From Takakia lepidozioides (Eukaryota; Plantae; Bryophyta), in NCBI GenBank assembly GCA_030704615.1, contig CM060733.1, positions 35,464,001 through 35,528,000 on the forward strand: a stretch of 64,000 nucleotides of DNA. Direction: 5' to 3'. The position numbers and the translations under genes are program-made. Below, piece after piece: positions 28,101 to 38,624 of this stretch (its first letter is position 1; each line of letters opens with the position of its first letter). Below the pieces are notes generated by a model. It did not search any database. It was not told the DNA's origin and saw only the letters and a list, made by a program, of their open reading frames with translations.

Positions 28101-29588
28101 CGAGGAAACAGAACAACAGAGAGTAACTTTTCTCTTGATCAATGCTTGCAAGCCCCGCAGGTTTACAGGACACTACCCATAGCATTTTGTGGCAATCATA
28201 CGTTTGTGCTTTGTGCTCTGCAGGCATTACTTCAGTTGTTACAGCCACAGCCTTACGGTTTCTCTAAAATGAAGAGAGTAAGAGGGATGGAGGACATCAA
28301 GGTGAAAAGCACCACAATCCTGCAGAAACAGACGATTGCGACGCCATACGCGGTGAAGTTACTGAAGGAACTGCGATTACAAGGATTGCAAAACAAGGAT
28401 TGGACATTGCACCATCGGAAGTACATGTTAGAATTCTTGCAGAACTTTGACCCAAAGACAGGAGCCACAATGGTGAAGGGAGTTGAATTAGAACTTACTC
28501 CCTTATACCTACAGCAACTGTTTTCATTGCCAGCAGGTCAGGTTCATGTGGACGAGCACAGGGCTAGATTGCAGATGAAAGATTTGTTTGAAGAAGGGAG
28601 TTTCTTTAAAACTCAAGGCTATGCTTGTACCAAAGCGGTGTACCCAGGGCTCAGGGAGGTAGGCCAGATATTGAACGTTCTGTTTGCCATGAAACAGAAC
28701 CAGCAGTATTTGAGCAGATCCTTCACAGAGGAAATACTCAAAGGCCTGAGAGGAGAAGAGGTAGCATGGGAGAACATCATGTACAACGGACTGGTAGAGG
28801 AGATGAAAAGATTGCAGGGAACTGCCGCTAAATCTCCTATCATAGTATCTGGGCCAGTCATTGCACAAATCATCCTAGACTCATGCGTACTTGATGCGAG
28901 AGAAAGGAAGGAAATGGGAGTGTTTGAAATAACAACCACTACCATAGAAGAGCAAGGTTCTTCACAGGGTGAAGGGGGATTGGCAGAGCATCAACAGCCC
29001 AAAAGACAGAGGAAAGGGATCACGTTGGAAGCCGAACCATTGGCTACAAGGCAGCAGGAGGAAGAAGTTACTCAAGCTCTTGTGCAGGAGAGGGTACAGC
29101 AGCACAGAGATCAAGGGTTACAAACAGCACAACCTGTGGAGAGGGAACAGGAAGTCAATTCAGTATCACAGCCATCACAGCCAGGTGAACGGCTTGCCAA
29201 AGAGTTACCACAAGTGGTCCATGCGGTTCCTCCACAAATAATAGATTTGGAAACAGAAGGGTTAGATATTCCAACTACAGAGCAAGTGGTGGCAGAGATT
29301 GAGAGAGGTGATCTTCTCTATGAAGACTCTAGTTTGCTCAGAGAGAGAGTGGAGCCAGAGGTCCAAAATCTGTCCAGTGAACTTCCTGATGTGCAGGTAA
29401 TACCCCCACCAGCGCCACAAGTTCCAGAAGAGGAACATCAGGACACAGCAGCATCTGGGAGAAATGAGGAAGTTGAGAAGGAGGATCTGGTGGAGCAGTG
29501 GCCTGAGTGGTTTGTGAGGCATCATCCTATGGATGAGGGGGTGAACAGCAGCATGTTAACCATGATGGGCCTCAGCAGGCTATGCTGA
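22104..29588 (+). CDS. Gag-Pol polyprotein with open C-terminal extension into an env-like/Athila-ORF-like region
   Basis: Retrotransposon gag, three CCHC knuckles, protease VLIDGGSG, RT (YSFMDGFSGY, MPFGLCNAP, FLDD), RNase H (CDAS...EREALA), integrase HHCC, WGLDFVGP, SDQG and GPY. Confidence 0.95.
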   Translation: MALQPTRAKPPFPIYSGKGDPDVHISQFEHMCIVNNENGDDAKMRLFPCSLIKKASEWYARFPDNHFLTWNGLSTAFRNRFRTSKTEDEVYGSLQQLKQKKHETVEEYMEKMELMMKKLAAIPAPGLQKAWFVNGLRPELQKKVDMLPHNTVEEAFETANRIEQLGMLRKEKRDEEDSEDESEEEEEMEHKKKSKKKEKMKRENYEKRLEEILKKYATEAATHWRKGVWCAKCQNEGHTTTECHMKEKHCTICKMDNHSTENCYYNRRTAVREPRQVRVHQVQPQPRRNNDQDHYGRTGGYNNGMERRGNPRGNYQGHPRGGYQGNPRGNYQPGNQDYRNNPRTDQGRGPNGEELCYYCNQAGHRKAACPFWIRHQNEMRAPGNEGPVVAAHMVRPCIVPEVSTMIVTRSRAKLVPPVEDEVDDNEDGSDVPEDDEAWRDEKELHKEVADTIREMQKSTDIPMVDSSDSEGEEEVSEEEGKREAAEVQGKEGTLAEVICQSKVEITIGQLLAVAPYCRHRLYQAINRIAHLTENTDLNSKVTSYNVRPEGQETVMDFDDSMPVIQLRIGSTELADVLIDGGSGVNIMTDQLRQKLGLNNMKPAPFTVTMADQRSVQPLGLIRGVKIQIQEMIFKITVTVLKMNEVLEAYSLLLGRPWLKQAKVSHDWNSQLLTVQDGLNKIQITTKKSERLSATRRPRGVREYDWKEGLDEEQEATLFAAHPEWEQVAEMQLEGLSCLKSIYCGAVTTTPIEEEINSYPPHFYEEREGEIDILEEPATVSLQDEIVTGWTITADEQVREVNVGTEKEPRMVKVGADLEPEFFEEAKSLFIKYRDVFAWSYEDLKGIPPEICQHKIELEPGSIPVKQARYRMNPNYAEKVGEEIKKLAEAKFIYPIEYTTWLSPIVIVPKKNGKLRVCVNYKKLNACTRKDPFPLPFTEAVLDTVAGHEMYSFMDGFSGYNQVQVAEEDQGKTAFITDWGAYAYKVMPFGLCNAPATFQRVISESFQEYLDDFMQVFLDDFSVYSSKSEHLHKLELCLARCRMRGLGLNPEKCTFCVNSGVLLGHIVCKKGLLVDPRKTEAIKASPPPVNAKSLRRFLGQTSYYRRFVRRYAQMAAPLSKLLKKDAVFAWTDECQQAFEELTLSMTTTPVLINPHWQEMFHVHCDASGEALGAVLAQNVTGRIDSPVYYASRLMNNAERNYSTTEREALAMIYAVKKFRHYLLGKKFMFYVDHQALIYLVNKPLISGRIARWLIILHEFEFEVVYKPGRLHLVADHLSRLSTGEPATGVDDQLPDASLFAVEVQGSADDWLDWQWPIRYYLTHGQCPPSYGKEQRKRIAIKALPYTMVGSRMYKLGPDGVLKRCLYHHEVDKVLEEVHKGVAGGHFGEETTSRKILLAGYWWPTLFKDVHKYCKTCDECQRLGPLQRSGKMALHPTMPTEPFQKWGLDFVGPINPPAKNTQNKYIITATDYTTKWVEAKALRDNTAKSTARFLYENILTRFGCPLEFISDQGSHFINETIELLTKEFMIVHRKSTTYYPQGNGQAEATNKILCTILAKIVNANRTDWDTKLLTALWSYRTSYKVTTKYTPFQLVYGMEALLPVEFLLPTMRTEWGRRMELEDSIKVRKHELYHMEEVRADAADNMTRIQMKRKDQFDEGKLKTFKTGDLVLWLQKKGKIKASKLKSPWKGPYVIQKMYDNNTAMLQTINKEMLGRVNANKLKGYSGIHDKPLRHDLHIEPQEQLQAVPVTPTEHRILVVKPVRSGKHRCLNSYHSPTQGHTAHHSPTQGHTAYHNPAQCHTVAHSLAQGGTACHSLTQPIRITQSIGLVTGGRRITSGKWPAEERAEVSLKVDAWKSGRDAQLRRSCKNKCHQEKGQEWPSKYLPTTSKRMDGGPINAYGKRVTEHTASTEKRISCHVCYPSGQASRENPLKKINSKIQSQRLQPIMKQEQLQESEKVLSARVGVVPSNGRLDGTDNQCDSFEAMRELADYTLAILLTQWRGNRTTESNFSLDQCLQAPQVYRTLPIAFCGNHTFVLCALQALLQLLQPQPYGFSKMKRVRGMEDIKVKSTTILQKQTIATPYAVKLLKELRLQGLQNKDWTLHHRKYMLEFLQNFDPKTGATMVKGVELELTPLYLQQLFSLPAGQVHVDEHRARLQMKDLFEEGSFFKTQGYACTKAVYPGLREVGQILNVLFAMKQNQQYLSRSFTEEILKGLRGEEVAWENIMYNGLVEEMKRLQGTAAKSPIIVSGPVIAQIILDSCVLDARERKEMGVFEITTTTIEEQGSSQGEGGLAEHQQPKRQRKGITLEAEPLATRQQEEEVTQALVQERVQQHRDQGLQTAQPVEREQEVNSVSQPSQPGERLAKELPQVVHAVPPQIIDLETEGLDIPTTEQVVAEIERGDLLYEDSSLLRERVEPEVQNLSSELPDVQVIPPPAPQVPEEEHQDTAASGRNEEVEKEDLVEQWPEWFVRHHPMDEGVNSSMLTMMGLSRLC

Positions 29589-31193
29589 TGAACTCCATAA
29601 GCCGAACCCTCAATTTGTTGGGAACTTACATGAAGTCACATGTTCCAGTGACTCAGTTGGAAGTTCTGAAGGAGGAACTCAAAGAGAGTTCGAAAATCGG
29701 TTGGCAACCGAGTGTGTTAACAAAGTTGAGATGGAAGTGCATCTGCAGTTGCAACAGGAGTTGAGGGAAACAAAGAATGCTCTGCAATTTGCTAAGCAGC
29801 AACTGATTGAGGGGGGTCTGGAGCAAGACCATCTGCAGGAGATACACAAGCAGCAATTATTCCAATTGCAGAACAAGCATGAGGATGAGATGCAAGGACT
29901 AAAGGAACAACATGCAGAGTTGGAGGTAGTACATCAAAGGATGACGGTGCAATGTGCCACCCTCACAAATGTTCTAGAGCAAGCCACAACAGAAGCCAAC
30001 CAGCAGAGGGAGCGATGTGTAAGGGCAGAAACGGAGGTAGTGGAGCAAGCCAAATTCATTGTGGACCTCAAAGATACAATATGTCACAATGAGGGTGCTT
30101 TACAACAATACAAACAGGTTGAGGCTAACCAGGAGAAGTACATTGTGGAGTTACAACAGAACCTTATGTCGAATAGGAATCAACTCTCTGTAGCTAACAA
30201 GGCAGCGAGGGAAGCCAATAATCTGGCTGCAGCTTATGCCAATTTAGTTGAACCTCATGAGAAGCGCATGCAAGGATTGCAACAGCAGTTAGATGCCTAC
30301 AGACTCAAGGAGGAGCAGAGTCTCAGAGGTATTACACAGGACAGAGTGGATGACCAACTTTTAAAAGTATGGTTAGCACAAGGGCCAGTGGAAGGGAAAG
30401 CACCGAGAAAGCTCACCCAGGGGGAGATGAATGACCTGAGGCTGCAAGTGCAGAATATTGCCACCACTACTATAGACAATGTCTATAGTAGAATAGGAGA
30501 GCTCCAAGAGGATGTGGATACACTGCAGACTCAAGTGGAGGACTTGAGTTCAAACATAGACCAAAGGCTCATGATTCCAAGAACATCTCATGGAGGCGTA
30601 TTTGAGGGCCAGAACTCTAGTTTTCCAGTCTTCTTCGCAAGAAGTGCAGGGGATGCAAGTGGTGGAAACACCAATAGAACTAGTTTCACAGCAGGTGGCT
30701 GTACAGGTTACTGAATCTCCTATGACAGCAGTTGCACGGCCTGAGGTATGGGGAAATGCTGCTTTCCACCCACCCAAGACTCATGCTGCACGGGAATACA
30801 ACCGAGCAATGATCATGCCCTTCAATGAAATTCCAGATAGCTTGGATTTGGCTTGGAATCAATTTGGTCCTCCACAATCCTTTCCACACTACTACCAAAT
30901 AATGCGCATTTGGTTGCCAGTGGCCACTCGAACTAAGATTCTGGCAATGAATCAGCTCATTGAGGATCATCATTTTTCAAGGTACTGGTTTGAGGCAGGC
31001 ACCATGTTGAAGGAGTTAATTGCTTTCCAGGTTATTCATGGGCACATTCACACCAAAACAAAGGAAGTAGCGAGTTTGGTCATGGGCTGTGGAATTTATT
31101 ATACTGCTTGTTTCATTGCACGTTACCACATTGAGCAGCAGAAGATGCAGTCCAGATTTCTGACTTATTCCACTACAGATCATTGGACCTTAC
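29582..31193 (+). pseudogene. Accessory 3' ORF (coiled coil plus C-terminal domain), frameshifted and interrupted by the nested element
   Basis: Homologous to 32265-35938 (-). Reading across the TSD restores DHWTL-PVVPHH, matching DHWVLPSVPPH of the nested copy. Confidence 0.75.
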
Positions 31194-32264
31194 TGTCGCG
31201 CGGCTTTTACTCACCCATCCCTTCGCTATTCGAGGCGGAAACTCCAAGATTGAAGAGTTGGAAATCTCTAAGTACTCAGCCCGCGCAGAACAATCAGTCA
31301 TGACCTACAGCCAGTGTATCATGGGGGTGTTTCCTATTTGTTTCCCGTTTGGTATTCATGTTAACTATCTTACCATTGATATTTAAGTATCATTTGGATT
31401 TATCAATCTATTGGATTCCATCAACTCATCCATTCATTCCACAGCTTCACTCAGATCTCTCTACACAGTGTGTTTGTATCGTAAAAGTATCCGATTATGA
31501 TTTATAAGGTATCAGGCCGAAGCCATTGTGTCTCTAATCTCCTCTACAATATCATTACAGCCTTGCATATATCAAGCATCTACTCATCATCTCTCTATCT
31601 TCACTTCCGTTCTTCATCTCTGCCCGATCCCCTCTCCTCTATCACCAAGAAGTCCTCCTCTGAATGATGATCCTCCATTCCCCGTTTCTCCCTTTATCTT
31701 CCTATCCGCGGTTCTAACCGTTTCCCTCACTAACCGTCGTCTGTGAACTAACATGTTCCCTTCGCAGGTGTTGTTCCCCACAGTCGTTCCCTGTCCTACT
31801 CTTTGTTCCCTATGATCGTGACAGATGTGTCAAGCTGTGACTGGCTGTGTGAAACTGTGACGGGCTGTGACTGGCTGTGCGACTGTGTTTGGCTGTGTCG
31901 GGCTGTGACTGGCTGTGTGGCTGTGTCGGGCTATGTCGGCTGTGTCTGCTGTGACGACTGTGACGGGCTGTGTTGGCTGTGTCGGCTGTGACGACTGTGA
32001 CGGGCTGTGTTGACTGTGTTGGCTGTGACGACTGTGACGGGCTGTGTCGGCTGTGACGGGCTGTGTTGGCTGTGACGACTGTGACGACTGTGTTGGGCTG
32101 TGTAACCCCCCTCTACAGTGCGCTGCTGTCACCCCTAAGGTTCCTGTTGGTCTCAGTCTGTGCAAAAATTAAGGGTACCCTACAGATCCCGTATAAGTGT
32201 CTAAGTCCCCGACAGTCCTCTAACATTTACCCCTTCCCCCCTCAAAAAGCCGTGTCCTCACGGT

Positions 32265-35200
32265 TTACTGATTTCGACTAGCAAACCTTTGTGAGTGAGC
32301 ACCTTCACGTTGAGAGTTTCTTGGCGGACTGTGTGTACGAGCCCGAGGTCTGTCTCTGGTTGACGGAGATGGTTGATCACTACCTGGATAAGTGAGGCCC
32401 TCTGGAGGCTGATATCGAGGTAACCTTTCCGGCATAGGAGACCCCCGTCGCTTCTTCTCTGCCATCTGAATTGCATAGTCTTCTCCCATGTCAAAAGAAT
32501 TCGGTGAAGAAACAGTTGTATCAGAATCCTCATCGCCTCTCAGGTGTTTTAATTTTCGAACTTTTTGTGTAATCATCTGGGGCATACAATGCTGTCCTAC
32601 CATGTCTGGAAGTTTGTATTTTACAACATGGTGTAACCGTTGAACAGCAAAATTGGTGTAGACACTGAGCTCCTTGTCTGTCCAGGTAAGTGGGGTACCA
32701 ATTACTGGTGCAGCGTGCAAGTATTTCCGTGCCACATGTCCCTTATAGAAAATGTCATCAATGCCGAATTTCTGTGTTGACAAATGGTTGCAGGCTGCTT
32801 GAAACCATGAACGAATTTGAGAATCCTTTTGCATCATCACTTTTGGGTCATATAGGTACATATGAGGTGGCACTGAAGGTAATACCCAATGATCTCCACT
32901 GGAATAACTCAGAAAGCGTGTTTGCATCTTTTGTTGCTCAATGTGGTAACGTACCAGAAAACAAGCAGCGTAGTATAACCCGCACCCCATGACAATACTT
33001 GCTATCTCCTTGGTCTTGGTATAAATGAGTTCATGTACAACCTGGAAAGCAATTAATTCCCTCAACATGGTACCTGCTTCGTGCCAGTATTGTGCAAAGT
33101 GATGATCTTCAATATGTCGATTGTTCGGAAGAACTTTAGTCCTAGTTGCCACTGGCAGCCATATACGCATGATTTGGTAGTAATGTGCGAATGACTGCGG
33201 AGGACTAAATTCTTTCCAAGCCAAATCCAACATGATGGGAATTTGGTTGAAGGGCATAATCATAGCCCTACTGTACTCCCTTGCAGCTGGAGTTTTAGGT
33301 GGGTTAAAAGCGGCATTGCCCATACCTCCGGCTGTGGTGGCTGTGGTGTGGTTGTAGTAACCACAGGTTCAGCTACTGGTACAGTGACTTGTTGTGGTGG
33401 TGGTGGTATTGGCTCTTGTATCATTGGCATCTCTTGCACCTCCTGTGAAGACTGAAAAGCCAAAGTTCTGGCTTGTAAATAAGAAGCCATTAGCTGTTCC
33501 TGAGGGATATAGACTCTTTGGTCGATGTTTGAAGTGAGTTCTTCCACTTGAGTCTGGAGTCCGTCTACATCCTCTTGTAACTCTGCTATCCTACTATAGA
33601 CATTGTCTATAGTAGTTGTGGCAATGTTCTGCACCTGCAGTCTGAGCTCATTCATCTCGCTTTGGGTGAGCTTCCGTGGTGCTTTGCCCTCTACTGGCCC
33701 TTGTGCTAACCAGACCTGCATAAGGCTGTTATCCACCAAGTTGCTTGTGGTTCCCCTGAGAGTTTGCTCCTCTCTTAGCTTGTACAATTCCAACTGCTGT
33801 TGTAAAGCCTCCATGCGCTTCGCCTGAGGTTCAACCAACTACGCATAAGCAGCAAGTAGATTATTGGCTTCCTTCCAAGCCTTGTTATTGACCGCGATTT
33901 CATTTCTATTGGCCATGATGGTTTGTTGCAACTCCACGATGTGCTTCTCTTGATCAGCTTCAATCTGCCTGTATTGCTTGAAAGTATCTTCATTGCGACA
34001 GATTGTATTCTTCATATCTACAATGAGCTTCATTTGCTCAACATTCTCTTCTTCTGCCTTCGTACATTTTTCCGCTTGACTGTTTATTTCTTTTGTAGAT
34101 TGGTCAAGCATAGTTGTAAATGTAGCACATTGTATCGCCATCCTGTTATGCACTGTCTGCAACTCCGTATGTAGTGCATTCAGTTCTTGCAACTTGCTTT
34201 CATGCTGCACCTGCATTTGGTATAGCTGTTGCTTATGTGCTTCGTGCAACTGGTCTTGCGCGAGGCCTGCCTCAATCAATTGTTGCTTGGCCAATTGCAA
34301 AGCCATTTCTGTATTTCCCAAGTCCTGCTTCATCTTGAGAGTGACCTCTTCATCGACCTTGTTTGCACACTCAGTGGCAAGTCGAGCCTCAAACTCCTTC
34401 CTGAGTTCCTCTTTCAAGGCTGTCAATTGGGTAATTGGAACATGGGATTTGACATAAGTCCCCAACAAATTAAGTGTCCTGCCTATGGAACTCATTAGCA
34501 TTGCCTGTTGAGGGTCATCATGGTGAGGTTGCTGCTGTTCCTCCTGATCTTCAACAGTGTGATGTCTCACTAACCATTCAGGCCATTGTCCCACCGGATT
34601 TTCTTCCTGAACTACTTCATCTATCACCGGTGCTACAGTGTCATGACCTTCCGCCTGTGGTACCTCCGGCACAGGTGTGTGTATTATATGCACCTCAGGA
34701 TTTCCCTTGGGCAACTGTTGCACCTCTGGGATTTCTGTCTCCTTGACCAGACCAGAATATTCATAGAGAAGGTCCCCCTTCTCTATTTCTGCCACTATCT
34801 GTTCTGTAGTTGGAATATCTAACCCTTCACTTTCCAAATCAATTATTTCTGGTTGAGCTGCATGGATAACTTGTGACCTTGTGACAAGTCGTTCAGGTGG
34901 CTGTGATGGTTGTGATGCAGAAGTAACTTCCTCTCCTCTCTCCGAAGGTCCTGCTTCCAGTAATAGCATTTCTCTGTGCTGCTGTGCCCCTTCCTGGCCA
35001 TGAGCTTGGGAAACATTATCATGCGGAATTCGTGAAGCCAGTGGATTTGCCACTACAGTCTTTCCCCGTCTCTGCCTCTTAATCTCAGGTTGCCCTGCTA
35101 GTCCACCCTCACTGTGTGAAGAGCCTTGCTCTTCCATTGCAGTTGTTGCTGGCTCAAACACTCCCATTTCGTTTCTTTCTTGCGCATTAAGTATGCCAGA

Positions 35201-35938
35201 ATCAAGGATTATTTGAGCAATGATTGGGCCAGACACTATTATAGGAGACTTTGCGGTAGTACCTTGTAATCTTTTCATCTCCTCTACCAGTGCGTTGTAC
35301 ATTATGTCCGCCCATTGTACCTCTCGTCCCTTCAGGCCTTTGAGTATTTCCTCCGTGAAGGATCTGCTCAAATACTGTTGGTTCTGTTTCATGGCAATCA
35401 GAACGTTCAATACCTGGCCTACCTCTTTTAACCCTGGGTACACAGCCTTGGTACAAGCATAACCCTGAGTTTTAAAGAAACTCCCTTCTTGGAATAAGTC
35501 CTCTATTTGCAGTCTTGCCCTGTGTTCCTCCACATGCACCTGACCTGCTGGCAATCGAAACAATTGCTGGAGGTATAGGGGAGTAATCATTAATTCAACT
35601 CCCTTCACCGTTGTTGTTCCTGTCCTTGGCTCAAAGTTCTGCAAAAATTGTAACATGTACTGTCTATGGTGTAGTGTCCAATCTAGGTTTTGTAATCCTT
35701 GCAATCTCAGCTCCTCCAGTATCTGTATCGCCTGTGGGGTAGCAATCGTTTGTTTCTGCAGAATTGTGGTGCTCTTCACCCTGATTTCCTCCATGCCTCT
35801 CACTCTCTTCATTTTAGACTCACCGAACTGTTTTGGCTGTAACAACTGTAGGAATGCCTGTAGTGCACAAAGCATAAACGTATGGTTGTCGCAGAAAGCT
35901 ATGGGTAATTTCTTGTAAGCCTGCGGGCTTGCAAGCAT
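32265..35938 (-). pseudogene. Accessory env-like/Athila-ORF-like gene of the nested element (one stop, one frameshift)
   Basis: ORFs of 699, 192 and 352 aa collinear with the host accessory region. The MLQFLQNF...VKGVELMITPLYLQQLFRLP pattern resembles Athila/plant-transposon accessory domains. Confidence 0.7.
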
Positions 35939-36987
35939 CGCTCAAGAGAAAAGCTCTGCTTTGTCCTTTCGTGTCTATGCCACTGCGTAAGTAATATTGT
36001 GAGCGTATAGTCTGTTAGTTCCTCCATAGTTTCCAAGTTATAGCATTTATGGCCTATCCTGTCGAGACGCCCGTTACTTAGAACGACGCCGCCTCTTGCG
36101 CTTAATTTCCCTCCATTTTCTTGATCCTTTCTCTGGTTTTCTATTGGCTGTATCCGCTGTGACTGGATTTTAGATTTTATCTTCTTTAGAGGACTTTCCC
36201 TGTTGGATAGTCCACTAGGATCACACATGTGACAAAAATTCGGTTTTTTTGTACTTGCCGTTCGTTCCGTTTCCCTTTTTCCGTACTCATTAATGGGCCT
36301 GCCTTTCATCCCTTTTGACGGCCGTTCTTGTCCTCTTTCTTTTTGACACCTGTCCTTGCACTTCATTGTCGGCTGTGTGTCGCGCCCTGACCTCCACGTG
36401 TCTATTTTTAAAGTAATTTCCGTTTCTTCTTCCTTCAGCCATTTTCCTGAAGTTATTATGTGTCCACTTGTCACTGATTCTATCGATCGTGTAACTTTAG
36501 TAGGCTGTGTTGAGCTGTGACAGGCTGTGTCATACTGTGTTACGCTGTGATAGGCTGTGATGCACTGTGGTAAGCTGTGATAGGCTGTGACACGCTGTGG
36601 TAGGTTGTGATAGGCTGTGTTGCGCCGTGCTGGGCTGTGATAGGCTGTGTCGCGTCGTGATGGGCTGTGATAGGCTGTGTTGCGCCTTGCTGGGTTGTGA
36701 TAGGTTGTGTCACGTCGTGATGGGCTGTGATAGGCTGTGTCACGTCGTGATTGATCTTCTTCCTGTACCAATTCCCTTAATCTTTCTTGCAAAGAAACAG
36801 AAGGGGTGGCATCCAACTCTAGTTCTTCCGGTATAGATGATGCACTCTTTGATCTTGATGGTGTGAGAGGTCCAGATGATTCCCCTATGTCTATTCCTCT
36901 CTCCCAAAGATATGGATAATTAGCTTTCAGATAGCTTTCTCTTTTTGCTGAATATCTCTGTCGTCTAGCTTCTCTTTCATCACTCAT
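35899..36987 (-). CDS. ORF1/post-integrase fusion ORF created by the gag-pol deletion
   Basis: First ~78 aa match 21313-21550, the rest matches ~27410-28150. Junction near 36750. Confidence 0.55.
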   Translation of the reverse strand: MSDEREARRQRYSAKRESYLKANYPYLWERGIDIGESSGPLTPSRSKSASSIPEELELDATPSVSLQERLRELVQEEDQSRRDTAYHSPSRRDTTYHNPARRNTAYHSPSRRDTAYHSPARRNTAYHNLPQRVTAYHSLPQCITAYHSVTQYDTACHSSTQPTKVTRSIESVTSGHIITSGKWLKEEETEITLKIDTWRSGRDTQPTMKCKDRCQKERGQERPSKGMKGRPINEYGKRETERTASTKKPNFCHMCDPSGLSNRESPLKKIKSKIQSQRIQPIENQRKDQENGGKLSARGGVVLSNGRLDRIGHKCYNLETMEELTDYTLTILLTQWHRHERTKQSFSLERCLQARRLTRNYP

Positions 36988-37008
36988 GTCCCATGTCTTT
37001 CATTTCTT

Positions 37009-37704
37009 TTAATGTGGCAATAACCAAAACTCTCTTCTGTAATATCTCTCGTATATGCCTGGGTTTCTTTCAAGCTTCAATGCACCCTTGGCTATACTTG
37101 AAGTCTCCGTTACCATATAACCATATGGCAAACAAGTCTGAAAAGCTGTTCTTGGTGTGAGTTTGATCCACAAAATATCCTTTGGAATCCAATTCTTTAC
37201 CAGTACCAGCTCTTCATGCATATGAGTATAAACATTCACCTTTCTTTCTTCCCAGCCTTCAAACTCTACTCGTTTAATGGATAGCAATGCTATCACATAA
37301 ACCAATGTTGGTAACCAACGTGCTCTTCCTCTACAGGCTACCTGATAAATCTTTATCACTCCTTTCTCCAGACCCCATTCTGGATCAGCATCATGCACTC
37401 GTTTAAGAATATTTTCTTTACAACCGTCTGGCAATTCCAAGAACCTTTGAAAGAATTGTTTGGACAATCTTTCTTCCTTCGTTCCACAGGGAATTTGATT
37501 CACTTCAAATTCTTTAATGGTCCAACCACCATGATCCCACCAGATGCCTGTCACATCTGGTTGTTCATGTCCCAGGTCCCCAGTATGGTCGCCAAATGTC
37601 GCGCGGCTTTTACTCACCCATCCCTTCGCTATTCGAGGCGGAAACTCCAAGATTGAAGAGTTGGAAATCTCTAAGTACTCAGCCCGCGCAGAACAATCAG
37701 TCAT
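37009..37704 (-). CDS. Retroelement ORF0, intact 231 aa, unknown function
   Basis: ATG lies inside the 5' LTR and the frame reads through the PBS. Protein is conserved with the copies at 20597-21291 and 10402-10810. Confidence 0.65.
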   Translation of the reverse strand: MTDCSARAEYLEISNSSILEFPPRIAKGWVSKSRATFGDHTGDLGHEQPDVTGIWWDHGGWTIKEFEVNQIPCGTKEERLSKQFFQRFLELPDGCKENILKRVHDADPEWGLEKGVIKIYQVACRGRARWLPTLVYVIALLSIKRVEFEGWEERKVNVYTHMHEELVLVKNWIPKDILWIKLTPRTAFQTCLPYGYMVTETSSIAKGALKLERNPGIYERYYRREFWLLPH

Positions 37705-38624
37705 GACCTACAGCCAGTGTATCATGGGGGTGTTTCCTATTTGTTTCCCGTTTGGTATTCATGTTAACTATCTTACCATTGATATTTAAGTATCATTTGG
37801 CTTTATCAATCTATTGGATTCCATCAACTCATCCATTCATTCCACAGCTTCACTCAGATCTCTCTACACAGTGTGTTTGTATCGTAAAAGTATCCGATTA
37901 TGATTTATAAGGTATCAGGCCGAAGCCATTGTGTCTCTAATCTCCTCTACAATATCATTACAGCCTTGCATATATCAAGCATCTACTCATCATCTCTCTA
38001 TCTTCACTTCCGTTCTTCATCTCTGCCCGATCCCCTCTCCTCTATCACCAAGAAGTCCTCCTCTGAATGATGATCCTCCATTCCCCGTTTCTCCCTTTAT
38101 CTTCCTATCCGTGGTTCTAACCGTTTCCCTCACTAACCGTCGTCTGTGAACTAACATGTTCCCTTCGCAGGTGTTGTTCCCCACAGTCGTTCCCTGTTCT
38201 ACTCTTCGTTCCCTATGATCGTGACCGATGTGTCAAGCTGTGACTGGCTGTGTGAAACTGTGACGGGCTGTGACTGGCTGTGCGACTGTGTTTGGCTGTG
38301 TCGGGCTGTGCCGGGCTGTGTCGGCTGTGTCTGCTGTGACGACTGTGACGGGCTGTGTTGGCTGTGTCGACTGTGACGACTGTGACGGGCTGTGTTGGAT
38401 GTGTCGGCTGTGACGGGCTGTGTTGGCTGTGACGACTGTGACGGGCTGTGTTGGCTGTGTTGGCTGTGTTGGCTGTGACGACTGTGTTGGGCTGTGTAAC
38501 CCCCCTCTACAGTGCGCTGCTGTCACCCCTAAGGTTCCTCTTGGTCTCAGTCTGTGCAAAAATTAAGGGTACCCTACAGATCCCGTATAAGTGTCTAAGT
38601 CCCCGACAGTCCTCTAACACTTAC

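Larger units (their letters stand above)
31194..38619 (-). mobile_element. Nested non-autonomous Ty3/gypsy derivative lacking gag-pol
   Basis: Near-identical LTRs at 37597-38619 (5') and 31194-32225 (3'). TSD CTTAC. PBS 37577-37594. PPT ~32230-32243. ORF1 N-terminus is joined directly to the post-integrase region. Confidence 0.95.
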
